Made by a program: the position numbers and the translations under genes
In this document: positions 18,553-26,900 of the stretch, piece after piece
Layout: each line of letters begins with the position of its first letter
Numbering within the stretch: the stretch's first letter is position 1
Source: a virus
Length of the DNA stretch: 64,000 bases
Virus record (IMG/VR): IMGVR_UViG_3300045988_168112
Direction: 5' to 3' (one strand)
Notes under the pieces: generated by a model
What the model was told of the DNA's origin: nothing
The model's database searches: none
Seen by the model: the letters and a program-made list of their open reading frames with translations, nothing else

Positions 18553-20235
18553 TTATACTAAATCTATACTAACTTTAATTTCTTTCTCGTCTTCACGTAA
18601 ACTATTGATACTCAGGAAGCTACTGAGTACCACATCGTCGTGTCCCGACGCAGCTTCAAGTTTTCCATTATCACTTTTAAATGTAATAGAGGAAAACTCT
18701 CCGAACATTATATCAACAGCTTGCTTTGTTTCACCAGGTGCATAAGGACACTTTATTTGTCCTCTTTCGAACATTGCTGAAAGGCTTGGTAAACCAGTGT
18801 AAAGGTCTTTCTTATTTCCTTCTGTTGTCGTAAAAGGCTCTATGTTTTTCAACCCTCTTTCTTGTGCTAATCCAGAAAGTATGGACTGGAATCCATTTGC
18901 TTCACACCTAATTTTATTCGGTCTGAATAATCTATCGAGTTGAACAATCTTATCTATCTGTTCATTATGAGACATTCCTCTTTGTCTATAATAATAAAGT
19001 AGATAATAATTCTTCATTGTATCGATACCCCATACACTATAAACAGTATAGTCAGCACCAATATTACCAGATACAGCAAAGTCAACTCCAATATGTACTC
19101 TTACTAATTTAAAAGGATAATCGTCTATTGAAGTTGCGAATCTTACATTCTCCATTCCAACGATACTTCTCATTAAATATTCATATGGAAATATTGTCGA
19201 AGAATCACTAATAGGTACTACTAAATACTCACGATTGAATACAATTGTTCCAAGTTCTTCTTTCTTCATCAAAATTTGCTCAAATGTATATCGGTCTGGA
19301 GCAAGTGGTCTTCCGTCAGGAAATATAATCGGATATTCAAAACAATAGAAACGCTTATCAGCTTTTAACACTTGATATAACTCATTAGGTGCAGAAGAAT
19401 AAGGAGTTCCACAAACTAAAAAGTAACCATAAGGTTCAACAATAGGTTCTATAGTACCTTTAATCAATTCCTTCATTTTTTCTCTCTGTTCATCAGAATA
19501 AAGAGAACTTTCATCAGGCATATCGTCACAAATTGTCGCACCTACATGTAGACCACGAATAAAACCGTCTTTACCACGAACATGAAGAATACTACCAGTT
19601 TCTGTCGTTATACCAGTTTCGCCAATAGATGCTTTATTGTTAGGATTGATTTTTTCTCTCAAAAGGTCATTTGTTTCAATTTCTTCTCTCACTTTAGCTA
19701 CTTGAACTTTAGCTAAAGTCATTGTTGAAGTTATGTAACAAGTCTCTTTTCTATTCGCATTATCTATCGTATCAGGTCTCCATAAAGTTGGTTTGCAATA
19801 ACTCCATAACCTCCAGAGTATGAATGCATAAGAGAAGAAAAAACTTTTCCCTGAGCTTCTGCTACACAAATAACAACTCCATGGATACAACTGAATCAAA
19901 TTGCCCCATTCGATATTTCTCCATCCCATTCTAACTTTAGGCAACATAGTCAGTACGAAATAGTTCAACGAAAGAATCTTCAGTGTCGTATCCATTGAGG
20001 CTTTGACATTCTCAACATAATTCAAATTTTCAGAATCAAGTGTTCTTCCAAGATACATTGTCCTTTCTGCTTGAATAAGCATTTCATGTAGCATTTTATC
20101 TACATCGTTTTCATATCCTTCAAGAAGTTGGTTCAACGCTTTACCTGGAAGATTTTCTATTATCTTATCAACATTCTGACATAAATGATTAAATTGATTG
20201 CCAGATAATAAGTCTTTACCATCTAATGTTAGCAT
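18553..20235 (-). CDS. terL: terminase large subunit
   Basis: Walker A-like CSRSSGKSF and Walker B ATICDDMPDES. The C-terminal RNase-H-like nuclease has acidic blocks HIGVDFAVSG and GHDDVVLS. 560 aa. Confidence 0.85.
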   Translation of the reverse strand: MLTLDGKDLLSGNQFNHLCQNVDKIIENLPGKALNQLLEGYENDVDKMLHEMLIQAERTMYLGRTLDSENLNYVENVKASMDTTLKILSLNYFVLTMLPKVRMGWRNIEWGNLIQLYPWSCYLCSRSSGKSFFFSYAFILWRLWSYCKPTLWRPDTIDNANRKETCYITSTMTLAKVQVAKVREEIETNDLLREKINPNNKASIGETGITTETGSILHVRGKDGFIRGLHVGATICDDMPDESSLYSDEQREKMKELIKGTIEPIVEPYGYFLVCGTPYSSAPNELYQVLKADKRFYCFEYPIIFPDGRPLAPDRYTFEQILMKKEELGTIVFNREYLVVPISDSSTIFPYEYLMRSIVGMENVRFATSIDDYPFKLVRVHIGVDFAVSGNIGADYTVYSVWGIDTMKNYYLLYYYRQRGMSHNEQIDKIVQLDRLFRPNKIRCEANGFQSILSGLAQERGLKNIEPFTTTEGNKKDLYTGLPSLSAMFERGQIKCPYAPGETKQAVDIMFGEFSSITFKSDNGKLEAASGHDDVVLSSFLSINSLREDEKEIKVSIDLV

Positions 20236-20882
20236 AATTGAAAACTTTCTCTATATCTTTCTTCTTTCTGTTCAACATTTGATTGTTGACCTTCACCTCT
20301 CAATTTCTTGACATACGAAATAAACAATTGAGCATTTGCTTTTGTATCATTCAATGCTCTATGTGCATCTACGAGGTCAATGCCAGCTAATTGACAACAT
20401 GTCCCAAGTTGATAATTCATTTGTTCCAAAGCTGCCATATGAGCAATTTGCATTGTATCAATATAATACTTTACATAATTGTCTATATCATCCTTCATAT
20501 AGGCAAAAAAATTCTTCATAAAAGGGTTATCGAACCCTACGATATTATGTCCTGCAAGTGTACATAATTGTCTTGGATTCTTATATTTAGTAAACCATTG
20601 TTTACATGTCTTATAGATGTCTTTCAATGGAACAGAATTCTCATCCTGAATTTCTTTTGTTATACCGTGAGTTTCGAGTGCTTGTTGTGAATATACAAGG
20701 TCTTCTTTATATCCGTATGGAAAAATCAAATCTACCTCATCAATTATTTCAAGTTTGTTCATATCGACGCAAACCATTGCAAGTTCAACTAATGGTGCAT
20801 TATCAAATGCGATACACTTACTATTCCATAGATTACCAGTCTCGAAATCATATACAATCACGTAATTCGACGAAGTTTTCAT
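20229..20882 (-). CDS. dnaQ: DnaQ-like 3'-5' exonuclease (DEDDh)
   Basis: Exo I is VYDFETGNL, Exo II is GHNIVGFDNPF, and Exo III is AHRALNDTKANAQL. Confidence 0.85.
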   Translation of the reverse strand: MKTSSNYVIVYDFETGNLWNSKCIAFDNAPLVELAMVCVDMNKLEIIDEVDLIFPYGYKEDLVYSQQALETHGITKEIQDENSVPLKDIYKTCKQWFTKYKNPRQLCTLAGHNIVGFDNPFMKNFFAYMKDDIDNYVKYYIDTMQIAHMAALEQMNYQLGTCCQLAGIDLVDAHRALNDTKANAQLFISYVKKLRGEGQQSNVEQKEERYRESFQLC

Positions 20883-20884
20883 AA

Positions 20885-21127
20885 TTATTCAATATTAATA
20901 ACATTAGGGTCTGAAGTTACAACATTGTACATTTTAATCGTACAATGTTTTCTTGGTACTAATTCTATTGATATATCACCAAGATAAGCAGGCAATTTTC
21001 TTCTTATAATATAGAAGGTTACATCATTACGATTGAATTTCTTTCCATTCTCTTTTTCGAAATTTTCATTCAACCATACAAGTATTCCTCCTGCATTTAC
21101 ATTTTCTAATAAAATCCTCTTTTCCAT
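20885..21127 (-). CDS. hypothetical protein (80 aa)
   Basis: ORF packed in the operon. No motif recognised. Confidence 0.45.
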   Translation of the reverse strand: MEKRILLENVNAGGILVWLNENFEKENGKKFNRNDVTFYIIRRKLPAYLGDISIELVPRKHCTIKMYNVVTSDPNVINIE

Positions 21128-21128
21128 A

Positions 21129-21524
21129 TCATCTCATTAATAACAATCTTTCGTAATCAATATCTCTATCTTCTTCATTCTTATATATGATATAGAGATT
21201 CTTTATAGGGTTATCCTTGAATGAAGCTGTTTCGTCTTCAAGTTTGTTTATAATTATTACAGGTTCACCATTTTCATTGAAATCTTTTTGAAATGTAATT
21301 ATAAAAAATTTCAAGATACTCAGATTATTTCCGAGTACAATATTTCTCTTTTTGAAATTTTCATTGAAACCATCCCAATTCAACGCTTCATCGTAGAGTT
21401 CTTGTATTATTGTTTTTGAAGAAGGATTCTCGAGATATTCTCCAATCCTATTAGCCATCCTCTTTACACCTACATTCTCAAGGACTATCTTACACAATTC
21501 AATCACTTCTTTATCTGTACTCAT
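21129..21524 (-). CDS. hypothetical protein (131 aa)
   Basis: ORF packed in the operon. No motif recognised. Confidence 0.45.
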   Translation of the reverse strand: MSTDKEVIELCKIVLENVGVKRMANRIGEYLENPSSKTIIQELYDEALNWDGFNENFKKRNIVLGNNLSILKFFIITFQKDFNENGEPVIIINKLEDETASFKDNPIKNLYIIYKNEEDRDIDYERLLLMR

Positions 21525-21948
21525 CTTTCTCTTTCTTTAAAAGTTTTTCAATCAACTCTTCAGGAATCTGTCTCTGTAACTTACTTTTATCACCAAAATC
21601 ATAGATGTAATGACAATCTCTACATGCTAATACAACATTCTCTTCATCACATCTCAATGCCGGATGTGCACCTCTCGAAAGAATATGACTGAAATAAATC
21701 GCTTTAGGTTCTGAGCCAAGATATTTACCACAATGAAAACAGTAATGAGGACGACTTGACCATATCTTCTCAAAAACATCATTCAAATCATTCTTTCTCG
21801 TCTCGAGTGTTTTCCTGTTTAATTTTTCCTGTTTTTTCTTGTTATAACAATCTTTACACAACCATTTGTTTCTATCGTATATCAGATGGTTTTCATTACA
21901 AGAAACACACGGTCTAACTTCTTCTCTTATCTTTTTATAATATGTCAT
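21511..21948 (-). CDS. zinc-ribbon / HNH-like nuclease resembling lambda NinG
   Basis: Cysteine pairs CVSC...CKDC...CFHCG are followed by SHILSRGAHPALRCDEENVVLACRDCH, an H-N-H-type arrangement as in NinG-family proteins. Confidence 0.5.
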   Translation of the reverse strand: MTYYKKIREEVRPCVSCNENHLIYDRNKWLCKDCYNKKKQEKLNRKTLETRKNDLNDVFEKIWSSRPHYCFHCGKYLGSEPKAIYFSHILSRGAHPALRCDEENVVLACRDCHYIYDFGDKSKLQRQIPEELIEKLLKKEKDEYR

Positions 21949-22439
21949 AATTCTAATACCTTTTCACATGATTCTTTATATCTACATCCAGAACACCTTA
22001 TCTTGTGATACAATATTCCGTTGAATTCTCCACAATGAATAAAACCTCTCGGTGTATTCCAGTATTTTTTTCGTTGTTCGTTCAAATACCTCTCTGAATA
22101 GAGATGAACTTTATTTTGTAGAGGGTTTTCAAGTCTTCTTACACGTTGGAATTTTGACACGAGGAACATCTTTTCTTCAGTTCTTTCATTCCATCGTTTT
22201 ATAGCGTTTATACTTATACATTTCAATAACGTTACGGAATACCTATTTGAATATCTATTCATAGATAAAACAAGTTGAAACAATAAATACTTCCATATTT
22301 CATCTACAGAATCAATCTTTGAGTTTTCAAAAAACCGTTTTATCGCATTCGCATTCCTTGAAGTCATCTTCACATGATAATACGGCGAATAAACCTTTTG
22401 CATCAAATACTCGAATATTTCTACAAATTCTTCTGTCAT
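21945..22439 (-). CDS. hypothetical protein; start moved to the first ATG
   Basis: The track ORF (to 22541) begins with TTG and has no ATG until codon 35 (22439). A perfect terminator hairpin lies inside the extra N-terminal 34 codons, so the shorter version (MTEEFVEIF...) is more plausible. Confidence 0.5.
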   Translation of the reverse strand: MTEEFVEIFEYLMQKVYSPYYHVKMTSRNANAIKRFFENSKIDSVDEIWKYLLFQLVLSMNRYSNRYSVTLLKCISINAIKRWNERTEEKMFLVSKFQRVRRLENPLQNKVHLYSERYLNEQRKKYWNTPRGFIHCGEFNGILYHKIRCSGCRYKESCEKVLEL

Positions 22440-22463
22440 AAAAAGTTGGTATCTTATTGATGT

Positions 22464-22492
22464 AAAAGAAAGGACGAATTTTTCGTCCTTTC
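22464..22492 (-). terminator. rho-independent terminator
   Basis: Perfect 11-bp stem GAAAGGACGAA/TTCGTCCTTTC (22468-22478 and 22482-22492) with a 3-nt loop, followed by UUUU on the minus strand. It lies 30 nt after the stop at 22522. Confidence 0.6.
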
Positions 22493-22521
22493 TCGTGCCT
22501 AAAGATACAAAACATTTATTA

Positions 22522-23082
22522 TCAATCCCACGAAATTTCAAGACTTAGTGTCTCTTCTTTATTATGTGTTACCGGCTTATAACGAGATTGAGTCGTCAAA
22601 TCTCGTTCAGCAACGTTATTGTAATCTTCAATAGCTTTCTCTTTGTCAACACTTCTCGATATCCATAGACCAATCATTTGACCAGGTTCCATATTACCGA
22701 TTGTGACCTTATCTTCTTCTGTAGCATCATACAATTGAGTATTGAATGGTGCACTATATATACTTGGTATTGATTCCATGTATTGAGAACCATCTTCATT
22801 CTGATTTAAAAGTGTTGCACCTATCTTACAAGAACAATATGCATCCTCAGGAACAACAAACCATAATTGAACATTCTGAGCAACTTCATTACTCTCATTT
22901 TTCAATACAATTGCGCGATACTCTGTCTTAGCATCTTTAACTGTTCTCAAACTCAATTCATCAAACAAATTATCGAATACATCATTAGGTATCTTTGTAG
23001 ATGATACATAACCTCCCAATGAATTCATTGGTTTAGATTGAGCTGCGAGATATTCTGAGCTTACTGTATAAAATAATTGCAT
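22522..23082 (-). CDS. hypothetical protein (186 aa), probably fibre-associated or structural
   Basis: Last gene of the fibre operon before a strong terminator. The call rests on position only. Confidence 0.4.
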   Translation of the reverse strand: MQLFYTVSSEYLAAQSKPMNSLGGYVSSTKIPNDVFDNLFDELSLRTVKDAKTEYRAIVLKNESNEVAQNVQLWFVVPEDAYCSCKIGATLLNQNEDGSQYMESIPSIYSAPFNTQLYDATEEDKVTIGNMEPGQMIGLWISRSVDKEKAIEDYNNVAERDLTTQSRYKPVTHNKEETLSLEISWD

Positions 23083-23087
23083 AATTC

Positions 23088-23924
23088 TTAGGATTTAGAT
23101 TTCGGGAAATTCGCAAGTGACCAAAACTCTGATTTGACTGTATTATCAACTGATACTGTTCCTCCATTGTTTCTTACTCGAGCAAGATAAAACTCATTCG
23201 AAGATTTTATAGGTGATTGCTCTAATGTCACTTCTTGAACAAGACTGAATGTATAATAATCATATGTATAGAGACCTTCAAGTTGTTTATCTGTAAACAC
23301 TTTTCCTAACGGAATTGTACCAAGAATAATCACCTGAAGATTTGATTCTGCCACAAAATCTGATTCAGATGTCAAAACCAAGTTTTTATTATCAATCACG
23401 TTTACAATTTCATATACTCCATTATTCAATGGTTGAGAACCATCATCTTTCATAAATCTGATTGCTACCGGAGTCTTACCCGATTGACCTCTTACTTTAC
23501 CAGAAAAATCAACTGTACCAGTTACAACTCCTTTTTGATTTATGCTCACAAGTCCATTTTCATAGTTTTTAGTAGAATAACCTACTTTTAACCAATAATA
23601 AACACTATCAGATGGTACAGTAAGATTATCGTAAATACTTGTTAGATTAATAACTTGACCTAACGCATTTACAGCCATGCCTGGAAGAATCTTGATTGTA
23701 CCACCTTGAGTTCCTACTTCAACTTCAAAAACTTTATTATCAATAAAATCATCATTTGTGACAAAATCAGGGTCAAATTTCTTAGGGTTGTTTGTCACTA
23801 TGCCGAATGTATAACTTCCGGCAATTAGAATCTTTCCAAGCAGGGAATTCTGTAGGAAAGACTGCATGTTCATCACTTCTTCCTTTTCTAAAAAAGTGTT
23901 TCTGTTAACATTTATCTGCGCCAT
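23088..23924 (-). CDS. hypothetical protein (278 aa), probably fibre-associated or structural
   Basis: Lies immediately downstream of the 1,823-aa fibre gene. The call rests on position only. Confidence 0.4.
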   Translation of the reverse strand: MAQINVNRNTFLEKEEVMNMQSFLQNSLLGKILIAGSYTFGIVTNNPKKFDPDFVTNDDFIDNKVFEVEVGTQGGTIKILPGMAVNALGQVINLTSIYDNLTVPSDSVYYWLKVGYSTKNYENGLVSINQKGVVTGTVDFSGKVRGQSGKTPVAIRFMKDDGSQPLNNGVYEIVNVIDNKNLVLTSESDFVAESNLQVIILGTIPLGKVFTDKQLEGLYTYDYYTFSLVQEVTLEQSPIKSSNEFYLARVRNNGGTVSVDNTVKSEFWSLANFPKSKS

Positions 23925-23950
23925 ATATTTATAAATTTTTATTTACAAAA

Positions 23951-26900
23951 TTAGAACCAATCTGGATAAGCACTAATATATTGGTCGTAACCATTCATCT
24001 TTGTACATCCTCTGAAACATCCGCTTTTGGATATACTGTCAACATCCGGGAAACCGAATTGATATGGTTGGAATATTCTCTTAAAATAATAAAACAGAGG
24101 CATATAAGCTGACGGCAATTTTACTCCGGCTACTATACAATCCCATCTCGGTTGAGACGTCATATTTGAGCAACCGCTAAATGTACTTGTGCAACTGTCT
24201 ATATGTTTCAGTACCCCCGATTCTATATAACTATTATCAGTTCCCGTAGGTCCAGGTTTATTCTCGGTTACATCTCCAAAAGCATATTCAGCCGTCAGCA
24301 AATTAGAACAATTCTCGAACATGCTGTTAATGTTCACAGTCACCGAATGTTCGGGCGGTGTGATAGGACTACCCTGCGAGCCTACTGTTCTCAAATTCCT
24401 GCACCCGGCAAAACAATGCGCATAAGTGCTACATTGTGGAGAATCAGAAAACAAAGACGATGTTATGGTAGTCAGACCACTATTTTCAAACATGCTCGAC
24501 GCGCTTCTAATATCCGGAATTATCACACCGCTTACATTCAATAGACTTGTACAACCGTAGAACATCCCATCGCATCTCGTTCCTCCGTTTGTTGAATAAT
24601 TAAATGCCCCCGAACTTATACTCGTCAAATTTGTACATTGATAGAATGCTTGTGCCAGCGACAACTCACCCACGGTTCCAGAAAACAGATTGCTCGGCAA
24701 TGATGATACACCCGAAAGATTACAAAAACCGTATGCGTTTATCATTTCACCCGAAAGATACTTGAATGATATCCTGCACGGTGACTGTAGATTGGAACAA
24801 CGAGAAAACATGTAGATACATGTGTTTATATTCGTCGCTCCGATATCATTACTTATGCTTGACATTCCCGTACATCCAGTAAACATATAATTCAGAGACG
24901 TTTTGTTACTTGATGTCCTTAACTGTCCACTTACAGAAGAAATGTTACTACATCCATAGAAACAATAGGAGTAATCACTTATCAAATTTCCTCCAAGCAC
25001 GCTTGACAAGTTCACTGAACCGCTCAATCCACTATTTCTATATGTACTCACAAACGTACCACTTGTTATAAAATCAAACAATCCTGCCGGAACGCTTCTC
25101 AAGCTACTGCATCCGTAAAAGAACGAATCTGCCGAACCACTCATAAGACTTGTAGTCCAACTTACAACCGATTCAAGACTGCTGCAATCTTGGAAAGCTC
25201 CTTTATTCCATGATGTTCTCACATCCTCAGTAAACCACTTAATTACTTTTGTCAAACAATTTTGGAAACTTGAAAATCCATCTGCACTCCACGATAAATT
25301 GGCAGACATCCCATTAAAATCGAACAATATTATCTTCGTTCCTCCTGAACTATAGGTATGTGAACTTGTTCCTAATGTCTGGTCACCATCTCCCCATTTA
25401 ACACGCAGATTGTTTAATCCCATGGAAGATGTATTTAACACTGGCAACGTCAGACTTGTACCATTTGATACACTTACTTCCAGTACTGCACCATCTTCCA
25501 TGATAATGTTTATGGTTTTACTGAATTCTTCTGGTCTTACAAAATAACTTCCACTCTCTGTAAAATAGTTAGGACTTGTTGCAATCCATGCATATGTGTC
25601 GTTACAAGGTACCAACCAAGATAATGTACCACTTGAACTTGTAACACCAGAACTTATATTATCTTCTACTGTTACACCTGAAATAGGTGTACCAGCTTTT
25701 GTCCTTACATTATAAGTAACTTGACACTTATTCCTTACCATCACGACATTCACATAGACATCGTCGTTACTTATACTTACCGAACCATTCTGACTTTGAT
25801 ATCCAGCTTTTGATGCTTGCCAGCTAAAACTCTGTGGAGGTACATATGGACCAAATACTGCTCGTCCTGCACCATCTGTATTTTTCATATTACTACCAAG
25901 AGTAATACGTACATCTCTTATAGAAATTCCTTTCTCATCTACTACATCGAAAATGACCTTATAAGTGTTAACTCCAAGAACTATCGTTGCACTCGTATTA
26001 TATTCCCCTACCGATATAAATGTACTATTTTCATTGTATTGAGGTAATTTACTTGCTGTTGCTGTACCTGAATCACCTGCCTCTACATTGAAAGTTGTAT
26101 ATCCTTGACTGTCTGAATATTGTGTCATTCCTCGAAACGATACTTGTGCTCCACTTACTGCTCTTTGCGAACTGTTAACAACCTTTATCGTAACATCAAC
26201 TCTCTTTATCGTGAAATTGATAGGAACACGTACATCTGAATTGTATATAGAGAATGAATTTACTACATCATAACAATAACGATATTTTGCCACATAATCG
26301 TATGTACCTGAAAACAATTGTGTAGATACTAAACCTAATTCGTTCGTCGTCAACTTTTCACTTTGTCCTACAATCTCAATTGTCGCTCCAGAAGCCTGTG
26401 TACTTCCTATAGTAGCTGCAAACGTCACATTAAACGGTACTGCTGCTTTTTCTGCCATCTTTATAGTATATTCATTATTTCCAGCTACAATATTAACATT
26501 TCCTTTTGCATTATTGTAATCTGGTTGAGAAGCAGTCCATTCCCATACACCTAACTCAAGCGTCCAATTCCCTGCAATACCATTAGCATTAGAATACTTT
26601 GTCTCACCATTGATTGTCACTATTGCATTCTGTATAGGAGCTTCTGTTGTAACGTCAACTACTGTCACTATCAAAGTTCCAGTCTGTTTTACAAGGTCAA
26701 CAGTAATTGCAATAGGTTTATCTATCACAACGGCAGTTCCATTTCTCGGTTCATATCCTGATTTTGTTACACTCCACGGATAATTACCTGGGACCTTATT
26801 GAAGATAGCGTTACCATTTGCATCTGTATTGACTGTCTGTAGAGAATCTCCTGCACCTAATACAACAGGCTGATTCTTTACCGGAACATTATCTATTCTG

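Noticed and set aside
22500-22507. A TATCTTTA box considered as a promoter for the next gene (also 14036-14043 and 43029-43036)
   Set aside because: There is no TTG at the -33 position. At 22500 the box is immediately followed by a perfect terminator hairpin. These were kept only as weak motif occurrences.
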